This document shows positions 28,725 through 39,253 of a stretch of DNA of 64,000 nt, one piece after another. The DNA lies in the NCBI GenBank assembly GCA_963668175.1, contig OY764159.1, positions 3,232,001 to 3,296,000 of the forward strand. The letters run 5' to 3'. The notes beneath the pieces are model-generated. The model did not search any database. It was not told where the DNA came from and was given only the letters and a program-made list of their open reading frames with translations. The stretch is from Syntrophales bacterium. Lineage in GTDB: Bacteria; Desulfobacterota; Syntrophia; Syntrophales; PHBD01. Both the position numbers and the translations under genes were made by a program. Position 1 is the first letter of the stretch. Every line of letters begins with the position of its first letter.

Positions 28725-29169
28725 CATCTTAAGGTATAACGTCATGCCTCCTGCTGGATTACGCCTCGTACGATTTTTAAGATAATCTGCAGGATATGAA
28801 ACGTCCGGAAAATGGCGATAAGATACGCCCCGCCGTTCCATCCAATTCCTTTCACGATATGCGTTGAGCGGAAAAAGAAAGCATTATCAGGCATAATCCT
28901 GGCATGGTTTTTTAATGTCATGAACTGGAAACAGCGGTATTGGTCGCTGCCGGAGAGTCAATATTGAACCCACTAAGCTGTAAACATTGACATATCGCCA
29001 TTTACAAAAACAGCAGACTTCTTACCGGCGCTCGCGCCCGCACATGTCGCAGGATCGTCCGTCCGGCGGCAGCGGACGAATCCATAACTCCGGACACACG
29101 GTCTTCAACCTATGCAGGACATTGTTATTTCTGTAGACGGCTACACAGCCAAACAGCAAGGCGACCTGT

Positions 29170-32100
29170 ATGTCGGCTGATTCGGGACTCAAAAAAAAGC
29201 CTGTTTCCACGGTAATCATCGTACTTATCGGCACAGCGGCGACGGTCGTTCTCTTCCTGATCGTCCGGGACGTCGACTACCGGAGAATACAGGAATCTTT
29301 CAAGCGATCGGCGGACGAACGATATGCCGCCCTCCAGAGAGAAATCGAATCCGATTTGCAGATGCTCGTGTCCAGTAAGTCTATCGATGCCATTGATCCT
29401 CTCTTTAAGCGAAACGAATTCCGGGAATTCGTGCGTCCCTTGCTTGCCCGTTATCACGGGCGTCAGGGCATCGGCTGGGTGCCCAGGGTTCCCGATGTTG
29501 AGAGAAACATGTATGAAGAGAATGCCCGGCGGGATGGACATAGGCATTTCACTTTCAAGGAGCGCAATGCCCAGGGCGCCGTCGTAACCGCGGCGCGCCG
29601 TTATGAATACTATCCCGTCTACTATATCGAACCGCTCAAAGGCAACGAACCGGCCCTCGGATTCGACCTGGCATCGCACGCCGTCCGCAGGGAAGCGATC
29701 ATGAAAGCGATGAACAGGGGCGAGATGGCGGCCACCCGGAGGATCACCCTTCTCCCCGATGCTCTGAAGGCCGGACTTGCCGATCAATACGGATTTCTTG
29801 TTTTCGAACCGGTCTACAGGTCCGGGGCGAAAACGGATACGGTGGGCGACCGCCGCCGTGCCCTGAAAGGATTTATCCTGGGGGTCTACCGTACCGGCGA
29901 CATTGTGGAGAGGTCGGTGTCCTATTTGAAACCTGAGGCCATTGACATCATCCTTTACGCATCCTCCAACCGGGATAAAGATCATTTTTTATACCATCAC
30001 CAAAGCCGCTTACATGAAAAGGGGCCCGGCGAGGAATCAGCGGCCGCCGGAGAGGCATCGTTCGAATACACCCGGGAAATGGCCGTCGCAGGCCAGAACT
30101 GGCTGATCGTCTTTACACCCGGTTCGAGCTACGTCGGGCGGAACAGAAGCCCGTGGAGCTGGATGGTGTTGCTTTTCGGCACTATCACGACCGCAGTGAT
30201 ATATTCCTCCGTACGGGGAAGCATTCGATACGCCGAACGATTGTCCCTGATAAACGATGAATTAAGCAGGGAATCCCAGGAGCGTCGCCAGGTTGCCGAG
30301 GCTCTTCAGAAAAGCGAGGAACGCCTTCAATTGCAGATCGACCGGATGCCCATAGGCTGTATCACCTGGGATACTGATTTTCGCGTCGTATCCTGGAATC
30401 CGGCGGCTGAAAATATCTTCGGGTATACGGAGAAAGAGGCCATCGGCAAGTATCCCATCGAGTTGATTGCGCCCGAAGGTATGAATCCGTACGCGGAGGA
30501 ATTCACCCGTCAAATCATGGACGGTGGCATAACGGCCAACAATGTGCATAAAAATGTTACCAAAAACGGCCGGACGATCATCTGTTCCTGGTCCAATACG
30601 CCGCTTATCGAAAAGAACGGCCATATAATCGGTGCCCTGTCCATGGTCCAGGACATCACAGCGGCGAAGCGTTCAGAAGACCTCTATAAAACGCTGGCGG
30701 AACGGTCCCTGGTCGGCGTCTTCATCGTACAGGACGGCAAGTTCCGTTTTATCAATGAAAGCGGCAGTTCCTACACCGGCTATTCTACCGGGGATATCCT
30801 GGGGCGTAACGCGGATAACCTGATCCATCCGGACGACAAGGCCATGTGCTCCGTCATGGCCAGGGAAATGTTGTCGGATGCCCGTACGGAAGCATACGAA
30901 TACCGGATCATAAACAAGGATGGTCAGGTACGATGGCTATCCCAAAAGGTTACGCCTATCATTTACAACGACCGTCGGGCAATCCTTGGATATTCCCTGG
31001 ATGTAACCAATCTGAAGGAATCGCTGACCAGACTTAAGGAAATACGGGCGCTCGAATCGTCCATCATGTCGGCTATCCCCCACGTCGTCGTAGGAATCCA
31101 GGGCGACCATATCCTGTTCGTCAATGAAGCGGCCGAGTCGATCTTCGGCTGGAAGCCGGAGGAACTCATCGGCCGGACGCTCGACGTCTTCTGTCAGGAC
31201 GGAAACGAGTGCCGGGACCTGACCGGCCAGCTCCAGGCCGAAGCCGCACACGGGACGTCGGCCCGCCGGGAAACGGAAATTCATTGCCGCCACCGCGACG
31301 GGAGAAACATCGTCTGCAAAGTGACGTCCTGCCGGACCGGGGAGTCGGCCGGCGGCAAGATCGTCGCCATCTTTGAAGACGTCACCGCGAAGAAGATGTC
31401 CCAGATCCAACTGCTTCAGGCCGAGAAGATGGCCTCCATCGGCAAGCTTGCCGCGGGCGTGGCCCATGAGATCAACAATCCGACGGCCTTTGTCAGCAGC
31501 AACCTGAGAACCCTGTCCGAATATGTGAACGATATGATCACTATGAGAAAAGCACATGGTGAGCTGATTCAGAGACTGCACGTCATGAATTCCGAAGGAC
31601 GTCTTCCCGAGAATATCGTAAAAGAGATCCGGCAAGTGGAAGAGATTAAATCCCGATTAAAAATCGATCTTATCATCGAGGATGTCGTCGCCCTGATCGC
31701 CGAATCGCGGGAGGGAACGGAGCGGATATCCCGCATCGTCCAGGATCTGAAGAATTTCGCCCACCCCGGCGAAGAGAAGGAGACATCGTTCAACGTCAAC
31801 GAGAACGTCGAATCGACGCTCAACATCGTCTGGAACGAGCTGAAGTACAAAGCGGTCGTGCACAAGGATTACGGCGACATCCCCCGCATTCTGGGATATC
31901 CGCAACAGCTCAACCAGGTCTTCATGAACCTCCTGGTCAACGCGGCGCAGGCGATCAAGGATAAAGGGGAAATCCGGATATCGACGAAGTCCGATGGCGG
32001 ATACATCGAGATCGGGATTTCCGACACGGGCGTGGGGATACCGCCGGAGAATCTGCCGAAGCTCTTCGATCCCTTCTTCACCACGAAGGAGGTCGGCAAG

Positions 32101-32229
32101 GGCACCGGCCTGGGACTGCACGTTGCATACAGCATCATCGAGAAGCACAACGGCAGCATCGATGTGCAGAGCACGGTCGGTGCGGGAACGACCTTTACCG
32201 TCAGGATACCGACGCATCTCAATATTTGA
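29170..32229 (+). CDS. CHASE-PAS x3 sensor histidine kinase
   Basis: TM-CHASE (YYPVYYIEPLKGNEPALGFDL)-TM, three PAS domains, GVAHEINNP, NLLVNAAQA, GTGLGL. Confidence 0.92.
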   Translation: MSADSGLKKKPVSTVIIVLIGTAATVVLFLIVRDVDYRRIQESFKRSADERYAALQREIESDLQMLVSSKSIDAIDPLFKRNEFREFVRPLLARYHGRQGIGWVPRVPDVERNMYEENARRDGHRHFTFKERNAQGAVVTAARRYEYYPVYYIEPLKGNEPALGFDLASHAVRREAIMKAMNRGEMAATRRITLLPDALKAGLADQYGFLVFEPVYRSGAKTDTVGDRRRALKGFILGVYRTGDIVERSVSYLKPEAIDIILYASSNRDKDHFLYHHQSRLHEKGPGEESAAAGEASFEYTREMAVAGQNWLIVFTPGSSYVGRNRSPWSWMVLLFGTITTAVIYSSVRGSIRYAERLSLINDELSRESQERRQVAEALQKSEERLQLQIDRMPIGCITWDTDFRVVSWNPAAENIFGYTEKEAIGKYPIELIAPEGMNPYAEEFTRQIMDGGITANNVHKNVTKNGRTIICSWSNTPLIEKNGHIIGALSMVQDITAAKRSEDLYKTLAERSLVGVFIVQDGKFRFINESGSSYTGYSTGDILGRNADNLIHPDDKAMCSVMAREMLSDARTEAYEYRIINKDGQVRWLSQKVTPIIYNDRRAILGYSLDVTNLKESLTRLKEIRALESSIMSAIPHVVVGIQGDHILFVNEAAESIFGWKPEELIGRTLDVFCQDGNECRDLTGQLQAEAAHGTSARRETEIHCRHRDGRNIVCKVTSCRTGESAGGKIVAIFEDVTAKKMSQIQLLQAEKMASIGKLAAGVAHEINNPTAFVSSNLRTLSEYVNDMITMRKAHGELIQRLHVMNSEGRLPENIVKEIRQVEEIKSRLKIDLIIEDVVALIAESREGTERISRIVQDLKNFAHPGEEKETSFNVNENVESTLNIVWNELKYKAVVHKDYGDIPRILGYPQQLNQVFMNLLVNAAQAIKDKGEIRISTKSDGGYIEIGISDTGVGIPPENLPKLFDPFFTTKEVGKGTGLGLHVAYSIIEKHNGSIDVQSTVGAGTTFTVRIPTHLNI

Positions 32230-32355
32230 CTGCGAACAGGACCGGACGGCATTGAATATATGCGGAAGGGAACGGTGAAGAAGAAAAGTCTGAAGGACGG
32301 GAGATTTTTCTTGCGACGCTGACTTTGTATGCTGGACTGAACAGGAATTGACGCC

Positions 32356-33705
32356 ATGGAAGAAAAGACAAGACATTCCATTCTTATTGTGGACGACGAG
32401 GAGGCGATCCTGCGGTCGCTTGTGCGCCTCTTCCGGAACGAGGACTACGAGATTGCGACGGCCGTGGGAGGAAGCGAAGGGCTGAAGAAGATCGGCGAAG
32501 CGGCGACGCCCTTTTCCCTCATCATTTCCGACCAGCGCATGCCGGAGATGACGGGGGACCGGTTCCTGGCGGAGGCCAGGAAGATCACCCCGGACAGTAT
32601 GCGGGTCCTCCTCACGGGATATTCGGACATGGAGGCCATCGTCGACGCCATCAACAAGGGCGGCGTCCACCGGTATTTCTCGAAGCCCTGGAAGGACGAC
32701 GAACTGATCATCCAGGTCCGCCAGGTCCTGGAGCAGTACGGGCTCGTCATGGAGAACCGGCGTTTGCAGGGGCTGACGAAGAAGCAGAACGAGGAGCTTG
32801 TGGAGTTGAATGCCGGCCTGGAGAACAAGGTCCGGGAGAAGACCGCGGAGATCCTGAAGAAGAACGAGGCCCTGATTTACATGAACCGGGAGCTGGAATC
32901 GGGGTTGTTCAACACGGTGAAGTCCTTCGGCGCCCTGACGGACCGGTTCAACCCGACACTGGCGGGTCACGGCCGCCGCGTCAGCCAGACCGCCCGGGAG
33001 CTTTCCCAGGCGATGGGTCTTCCCGAGAACGACATCGTCCATATCGAGATCGCCGCGCTCCTGCACGACATCGGGAAGCTCGGTTTCACTCAGAAGCTTC
33101 TCGAATACAAGGAGGAGGAGTGGACGACGGAGGAGCGTAACACTTTCAAGAACCACCCGGTTTACGGGCAGGAGACGATCCATTTCATCAACAGGCTCAC
33201 CCACGTCGGCGTCCTCATCCGGACGCACCACGAGAAGTACGACGGGGAAGGGTATCCGGACCGGCTGAAGGACGAGGAGATACCCACGGGGGCGAAGATC
33301 ATTGCGGTGGCGGACGCTTACGACAAGATCGTCAACCTCCAGGTGAACATGGGCGGGGCCGTTGCGGCGGCGAAGGCGGCCCGGGCCCATACGAAGTACG
33401 AAGAGGCCCTCCAGGAGGAGGCGGCTACGTACCTGAAAAAGGAGAGTTTCCAGTCCTTCGATCCGGAGATCGTCAAGCACTTTCTCACCCTGATCAAGAC
33501 AAGGAAGGTATCCCTGATGCATGAGCTCCGGGTGTCGCTGGCGAACGTCCGGGAAGGGATGAAGCTGGCCAAGCCCCTCTATTCGTCGAGCGGGCGTTTC
33601 CTGCTGCCGCAGGACGCCCTGCTGACCCCGGGCATCATCCGCAAGCTCAAGCTCCTGCATGATAACGATCCGATCACGGACGACATTCATATCGTGAGGG
33701 AATAG
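32356..33705 (+). CDS. Response regulator with HD-GYP output domain
   Basis: Receiver IISDQRMP, coiled coil, LLHDIGK, HHEKYDGEGYP, AVADAYD. Confidence 0.92.
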   Translation: MEEKTRHSILIVDDEEAILRSLVRLFRNEDYEIATAVGGSEGLKKIGEAATPFSLIISDQRMPEMTGDRFLAEARKITPDSMRVLLTGYSDMEAIVDAINKGGVHRYFSKPWKDDELIIQVRQVLEQYGLVMENRRLQGLTKKQNEELVELNAGLENKVREKTAEILKKNEALIYMNRELESGLFNTVKSFGALTDRFNPTLAGHGRRVSQTARELSQAMGLPENDIVHIEIAALLHDIGKLGFTQKLLEYKEEEWTTEERNTFKNHPVYGQETIHFINRLTHVGVLIRTHHEKYDGEGYPDRLKDEEIPTGAKIIAVADAYDKIVNLQVNMGGAVAAAKAARAHTKYEEALQEEAATYLKKESFQSFDPEIVKHFLTLIKTRKVSLMHELRVSLANVREGMKLAKPLYSSSGRFLLPQDALLTPGIIRKLKLLHDNDPITDDIHIVRE

Positions 33706-33746
33706 GTGCGGCGCACCTGAAGACGAAAGGACAGGGGTAACCACAT

Positions 33747-34613
33747 ATGGAAAAGCAATGCAAAGAACCGCCGGTGGAACTGAGGACCATCATTGCCAGG
33801 ATCGACAGCATCACGAGCCTGCCGACGATCCCCCATATCCTGCTGGAAATCAACAGGATGCTTGAGAAGGCGGACGTATCCAACAAGAGGATGCAGGACG
33901 TCATCGAAAAGGACCAGGTCATCACGACCAAGATATTGAAACTGGTCAATTCCTCCTTTTACGGTTTCCGCTCGAAGATCGTGGATATATCGCAGGCGAT
34001 CCTGATCCTGGGGTTCAACACGGTCCGCAATTCCATCGCCACGGTGGCCCTGATCGACATCTTCCGCACGAAGGAGAAATTCGGCGATTTCGACATCCGG
34101 GATCTTTGGAAGCACTCCCTGGCCGTGGCCGTCACGAGCAGGCGGCTGGCGGAGACGGCCAGGATGGCCCCTCCCTCCGACTGTTTTGTCGCCGGACTGC
34201 TGCACGACCTGGGCAAAGTGATCATGGAGGAGCATTTGCCCGGAATATTCGAACGGGTGCTGAAGCTCAGCCAGGAGGAAGGCATTTCCTTCGTCGAGGC
34301 CGAAAAGAAGTTTCTGCCGATCACGCACGCCGGCATCGGCGCACATCTGGTTCGGAAATGGCGGTTTCCCGCACGCCTCGTCGATGCCATCGCGCACCAC
34401 CACCAGGTAACCAGGACAGCATCCGATTTCTGGCTTCACGTCTGCGTCTTCGCCGCCAACATTATCGTCAATCACCGGTTTCAGGATTCGGGCAACGAGT
34501 TAGTATTGACGGAATTCCCCGGATACTCCTCCATCATGCCCCTTCTGGGCGATTTCAGCGCGTGGCATCCGGCTGTGGAGGAAGAGATCGAAAAGTTGAA
34601 CGAGGCATTCTGA
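33747..34613 (+). CDS. HDOD domain protein
   Basis: LPTIP, KILKLVNSSFYG, LWKHSLAVA, AGLLHDLGK, THAGIG...W...AIAHHH. Confidence 0.92.
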   Translation: MEKQCKEPPVELRTIIARIDSITSLPTIPHILLEINRMLEKADVSNKRMQDVIEKDQVITTKILKLVNSSFYGFRSKIVDISQAILILGFNTVRNSIATVALIDIFRTKEKFGDFDIRDLWKHSLAVAVTSRRLAETARMAPPSDCFVAGLLHDLGKVIMEEHLPGIFERVLKLSQEEGISFVEAEKKFLPITHAGIGAHLVRKWRFPARLVDAIAHHHQVTRTASDFWLHVCVFAANIIVNHRFQDSGNELVLTEFPGYSSIMPLLGDFSAWHPAVEEEIEKLNEAF

Positions 34614-34623
34614 GGAGGACATC

Positions 34624-35469
34624 ATGACCGAACATACCGTCTTGTTCGTCGACGACGAGGAGAACATCCTGAACGCCTTGAAAAGGGTGCTTCGCCGGGA
34701 AAATTATCAAATCATCACCGCCGCGAGCGGTCCCGAGGGATTGAAGATGCTGGAAGACCATCAGGTCCAGGTCGTCATCTCCGACCAGCGAATGCCGGAG
34801 ATGTCGGGCACCGAATTCCTGACCCACGTCATGGAACGGCATCCCGATGCCGTTCGCATCATTCTGTCCGGATATACGGATGTCGACACGATCACCGATG
34901 CCATCAATCAAGGACATATCTACAAGTTTCTGTTAAAACCCTGGAACGAAGATGCGCTCAAACTGGAAATTTCCCGTGCGCTTGATTATTACGAACTCGT
35001 TAACCTGAACAAATCCCTGCATCAAAGGGTCCTGGAACAGAACGAGGAGCTCAAACGGTACAACGAAACCCTGGAAGACATGATTAAGAACAGGACCCTG
35101 GAACTGGAGATTCAGAATCAGGTCCTGGAACTTTCCCGGGAGATACTGGAGAACATCCCTGCGCCGGTCATCGGCATCAGCGAGGACGGAATCGTCGTCC
35201 TCGCCAACGGCGCAGCTTCCCGGCTCTCCTTCGACGGACGCCGGATGACCGTCGGCGAGGATTTTTCCGACTACTTTCCGGAAAGCATTCGTGAGGTCTT
35301 CCGCGAAAGTCTGATTGGAAAAGCGTTATCCGGTGTCAGGGATTATACCATCGGAGAAGAGCATTTCGATATCGACATGAGTCCGCTTTCGGGTAAGGAA
35401 AACCGCGCCGGCGTCATTCTGCTTCTTAAGCGTAAAGAACCTTGCAGCATCGGGTTGGATCATCAGTGA
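34624..35469 (+). CDS. Response regulator (REC-coiled coil-PAS-like, no DNA-binding domain)
   Basis: VLFVDDE, VISDQRMP, LKPW, C-terminal PAS-like ILENIPAPVIGI...ANGAA. Confidence 0.88.
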   Translation: MTEHTVLFVDDEENILNALKRVLRRENYQIITAASGPEGLKMLEDHQVQVVISDQRMPEMSGTEFLTHVMERHPDAVRIILSGYTDVDTITDAINQGHIYKFLLKPWNEDALKLEISRALDYYELVNLNKSLHQRVLEQNEELKRYNETLEDMIKNRTLELEIQNQVLELSREILENIPAPVIGISEDGIVVLANGAASRLSFDGRRMTVGEDFSDYFPESIREVFRESLIGKALSGVRDYTIGEEHFDIDMSPLSGKENRAGVILLLKRKEPCSIGLDHQ

Positions 35470-35757
35470 AACGAGAGGGAAACTGATTTCACCCGTTTCG
35501 TTTTGCGATAATCCGCCTGGATATCCGCCGGACGCTATCGTTCGATCCCGCCGGATATATCTTTGAGGCAGGATATGAAATGCGGCAGATACATTCCCTC
35601 TGCCGCGACCGGAAAACAGACGAATGTTTCGGGTCCATTCCCCTCATCTTCTACACCGCCACTTATTCGGAACGACAAGCCGGATAATGATCTCCGCGGT
35701 TGAAGCGAGAGGTCCATACACGTCCGGCGCCATCGCCGGGGAGATGGGCCTCGACGA

Positions 35758-35877
35758 GGCATAGACGCCTCACTTGACGATATCTGACAACACCGGGGTT
35801 CCCTTTACGATCCCGACGTCGTTGCTGCCTGCACCCGTCTTTTCAGGAAAAAGGGATATCAACCGGCCAAGACTTGA
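35758..35877 (+). pseudogene. Remnant of an HD-GYP gene C-terminus
   Basis: Reads GIDASLDDI*QHRGSLYDPDVVAACTRLFRKKGYQPAKT*, matching the typical HD-GYP tail, with in-frame TGA at 35785 and no intact 5' part. Confidence 0.7.
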
Positions 35878-36053
35878 TTCGGCCATAGTTTTCTGTTCAT
35901 ACGACAAAGCGAAAGTCCTGCTCTCTTTTTCCCGTCCCGGAGAAAAAATAACTCTGTCAACGGCCGATGCAATCGGTTATACTAAGTTCATCCTACAACA
36001 ACGTAAGGCGGCGGGACATTCGCCAACTCCGGCCTGCGAGGGAGATTGCTGCG

Positions 36054-37466
36054 ATGGCGGAACATACAGGCGGCATAGCCGCACGGACCAAATCCGTTCT
36101 GACGGCCCTGTTTAAACGGGGATACAACAGTCTCCACCTCCTTCTGTCGGAGACCTTCGGGCTGGGTCCGATTGCGACCCTCTGCGCGATTATTTTCGTC
36201 AGTTGCGTCATCGTCGGCGCCGTTTTCTGGTTTTTCCATTCCGCCCCTCCCGACACGATCATCATGACCGGTGGGGATGAAGACAGCCGCTTCCAGAAAA
36301 ACGCCGAAAAGTACGCCCAGATTCTGGCGCGCAACGGCGTCAAGCTGAAGATCCTTCCCTCGGAGGGCTCCCTGGAGAACCTTCAACGGTTGGCCGATCC
36401 GGCCTTCAAGGTCGATATCGGCTTCGTTCAGGCAGGCCTCGCCAAAGGGCGGAAGATCGACAACCTCGTCTCGCTGGGCAGCGTCGGTTATGTACCGCTC
36501 TTCATTTTCTATCGCGGCAATCAGAATTTCGATCTCCTGTCTCAGTTCGATGGCAAGAGACTGGCCATCGGCGAGGAAGGTACGGGGACACACGTCCTGG
36601 CGCTCGAACTTCTGGCCATGAACGGCATCAAGCCCGGAGGGGCGACAGCCCTCCTGGAAATCGACGACGATGCCTCGCAGGCGGCCTTGCTTGCCGGAAA
36701 AGCGGATGCCGCTTTCATGATGAGCGACTCGGCCTCCGGCAAGGTCATGCGCGATCTCGTCCGCAACCCGGACATCAAGCTCTTCGATTTTTCTCAGGCC
36801 GACGGGTACACGCGGCGGATCAGCTACCTCAACAAGACCGTTCTGCCGAAAGGCTGCCTCGATTTCGGGAAGAACATCCCCGACCGCGACATCCGCCTCG
36901 TAAGTCCCACCGTGGAATTGATCGCCAGGTCCAACCTGCACCCGGCCCTTTCCGACCTCATCCTGGAGGCGGCGGCGGAAGTCCACGGACGGGCGACGCT
37001 TCTTCAAAGACGGGGCGAATTTCCCGCCCCCCTGGAACACGAATACCCCATCAGCACCGATGCCGCCCGCTACTACAAGTCGGGCAAAAGCTTTCTCTAC
37101 CGTTATTTTCCCTTCTGGGTCGCGAGCCTGCTCAACCGCATCCTCGTAGTCTTCGTACCGATGATCCTCATTCTGATCCCCGGACTGCGGCTCATTCCTT
37201 CCCTTTTCCGCTGGCAGATCCGCCTGCGCATCCTCCGGTGGTATCGCCAGTTGATGGTCCTGGAAAAAGACCTGGAAGGCCCCGCCGTCAGGGAAAAATC
37301 GCAGGAACTTCTCGCGCGGCTCGATCAGATCGAACAGACGGTCAATAAAACGAAAGTGCCGGCGTCATACGCCGACCAGTTCTACGCGCTCAGGGGCCAC
37401 ATAGGCCTGGTTCGCGAAAGGCTCAAGACGGGAGACAACGGACGCATCGCGGCCGAAGCGGCGTGA
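36054..37466 (+). CDS. TAXI-family TRAP solute-binding protein with N- and C-terminal membrane segments
   Basis: SEGSLENLQRL, VDIGFVQAG, GKRLAIGEEGTGT, ARSNLHPAL, AARYYKSG, then a TM helix and helical tail. Confidence 0.85.
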   Translation: MAEHTGGIAARTKSVLTALFKRGYNSLHLLLSETFGLGPIATLCAIIFVSCVIVGAVFWFFHSAPPDTIIMTGGDEDSRFQKNAEKYAQILARNGVKLKILPSEGSLENLQRLADPAFKVDIGFVQAGLAKGRKIDNLVSLGSVGYVPLFIFYRGNQNFDLLSQFDGKRLAIGEEGTGTHVLALELLAMNGIKPGGATALLEIDDDASQAALLAGKADAAFMMSDSASGKVMRDLVRNPDIKLFDFSQADGYTRRISYLNKTVLPKGCLDFGKNIPDRDIRLVSPTVELIARSNLHPALSDLILEAAAEVHGRATLLQRRGEFPAPLEHEYPISTDAARYYKSGKSFLYRYFPFWVASLLNRILVVFVPMILILIPGLRLIPSLFRWQIRLRILRWYRQLMVLEKDLEGPAVREKSQELLARLDQIEQTVNKTKVPASYADQFYALRGHIGLVRERLKTGDNGRIAAEAA

Positions 37467-37518
37467 GGGGCCGGGGATCAATCTGCTGCGGCCCCGGGCC
37501 GGCAGCGGAGAAACAGCT

Positions 37519-38130
37519 ATGAATAAAGCGGATATCAAAAAAGAACTGAAAGCCCTGTATCAACCGCCCGCGGGTAAAATCGTGCAGGTCGACGTACCTC
37601 CCATGAATTTTATCATGATCGACGGCGCAGGGGACCCCAACACATCCCCGCAGTTTGCCGACGCCGTCGCCGCTCTCTTTTCGCTCTCATACGCCCTGAA
37701 GTTCACGGTGAAGAAAGGCCCCCAGGCCGTCGATTACGGCGTCATGCCCCTGGAAGGGCTGTGGTGGGCCGACGACATGGCGGCCTTCACGGCGGGAGAC
37801 AAGTCCCGCTGGCAATGGACGATGATGATCATGCAGCCGCGATTTGTCGACGCGGAGATGTTCGCCGCCGCCCTTGCCGAGGTTGCAAAGAAGAAAAAAC
37901 CGGCGGCGCTGCCGCGGGTGCGTTTTGAACAATTTATCGAAGGGCCTGCCGCGCAGACGATGCATATCGGCCCGTTCTCCGAAGAGGGACCGGCCATCCG
38001 GCGCGTCCACGAATTCATCGCCGGCCTCGGCCGTCGCTTGTCCGGGAAACATCATGAAATTTACCTGAGCGATATCCGCAAGGCGGCACCCGAAAAATGG
38101 AAAACGGTTATCCGGCAGCCCATGGCCTAG
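37519..38130 (+). CDS. GyrI-like small-molecule-binding domain protein
   Basis: IMIDGAGDPN, VMPLEGLWW, QTMHIGPFSEE, HHEIYLSD, TVIRQP. Confidence 0.88.
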   Translation: MNKADIKKELKALYQPPAGKIVQVDVPPMNFIMIDGAGDPNTSPQFADAVAALFSLSYALKFTVKKGPQAVDYGVMPLEGLWWADDMAAFTAGDKSRWQWTMMIMQPRFVDAEMFAAALAEVAKKKKPAALPRVRFEQFIEGPAAQTMHIGPFSEEGPAIRRVHEFIAGLGRRLSGKHHEIYLSDIRKAAPEKWKTVIRQPMA

Positions 38131-38170
38131 CCGCGGGACCATCGCCTGAATTCACAAGATACGATTGCCT

Positions 38171-38641
38171 ATGAAGAGACAATCCCGGGCCGTTATCGGC
38201 CACGTTATCATGTCGCCTTTCATGTTGGGCACGATCCTGATTTCCGTCTTCGCCGGAAGACAGAAAGCGGTACGTTTCACGGGCAGGATACTGACCGCCG
38301 TCGCCAGGCGATTCGTCGGTCTGGCGATCCCGTCTATCCACGCCCCGGAACAATTCGACCGCTTTCGCGGCAGGGTCAAACGAAATTACGACCTATTCGG
38401 CATCCTCTACGACATCACGGTGACGACGGACACGGCCGACACCGTCCAGTTCAGGATTCACAATTGCCCGTTTTGCGAAACCCTGAGAAAATACGGATTC
38501 ACGGACCTGAGCAAGTATGCATGCGCGGGGGACTGGATCATTGCAAAAGAGAACAGGGACAAATGGCTCTTCGAACGGCAGCAGACCATAGGTACCGGCG
38601 GAGCGTTCTGCAATCCGACGTACCGCCGCAAAACGGAATGA
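38171..38641 (+). CDS. L-2-amino-thiazoline-4-carboxylic acid hydrolase-like protein
   Basis: CPF...C..D...R.QTIGTGGAFC pattern characteristic of the ATC-hydrolase family. Confidence 0.7.
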   Translation: MKRQSRAVIGHVIMSPFMLGTILISVFAGRQKAVRFTGRILTAVARRFVGLAIPSIHAPEQFDRFRGRVKRNYDLFGILYDITVTTDTADTVQFRIHNCPFCETLRKYGFTDLSKYACAGDWIIAKENRDKWLFERQQTIGTGGAFCNPTYRRKTE

Positions 38642-38666
38642 AACGCGAATGCCTTGAAAGAGAAAC

Positions 38667-39161
38667 ATGACGACCTATACCATCCGCCCGATCGCAGATG
38701 AAGACCGGGAAGCCGTTATCGACATCTTCAACCATTACGTGGAGCATTCGTTCGCCGCCTTTCCGGAAAGCAGGCTGCCCTACCAGGCCTTCGACATGTT
38801 CAGACAGATGGCTCACGGTTATCCTTCCGGGGCCATTGCCGATCAGAACGGCGTTGTTGTCGGTTTCGGCATGCTGCGGGCCCACAATCCCATGCCGGTC
38901 TTTTCCGGAACGGCCGAATGGACCTGTTTTATCGACCGCCGCCACACAGGCGCCGGGCTGGGAAAGACCATGCTCGCATTTCTGGAAAGCGGCGGGCGGC
39001 AGATGGGGATTACGAATATCCTGGCCCATATTTCTTCCCTGAACGAGGCAAGCATCGGATTCCACCTTAAACATGGTTTCACCGAATGCGGCCGCTTCGA
39101 AAATGTGGGGAAGAAAAACGGGCGTCTCTTTTCTTCCGTATGGATGCAAAAGACGCTCTAG
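38667..39161 (+). CDS. GNAT N-acetyltransferase (YncA/phosphinothricin acetyltransferase-like)
   Basis: IFNHYV, GAGLGK, NEASIGFHLKHGF, VGKKNG, WMQKTL. Confidence 0.88.
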   Translation: MTTYTIRPIADEDREAVIDIFNHYVEHSFAAFPESRLPYQAFDMFRQMAHGYPSGAIADQNGVVVGFGMLRAHNPMPVFSGTAEWTCFIDRRHTGAGLGKTMLAFLESGGRQMGITNILAHISSLNEASIGFHLKHGFTECGRFENVGKKNGRLFSSVWMQKTL

Positions 39162-39253
39162 CCGTGCCCGCGCGGAACGGCCGACAGCCGCGCCACAGTG
39201 TCACGATAAGACAGGGCTTTTACAAATCAACCTATGGAGAGATGGAGAGAAAG

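Noticed and set aside
28900..28916. sigma54 promoter-like TGGCATGG upstream of the CHASE kinase
   Set aside because: No GC at the -12 position.
31657..33744. 695-aa minus-strand ORF
   Set aside because: Antisense shadow of GC3-rich kinase and HD-GYP genes, with no recognisable motifs.
35785..35787. Selenocysteine read-through of the in-frame TGA
   Set aside because: Not a Cys-equivalent position, no obvious SECIS, and the rest of the gene is missing.
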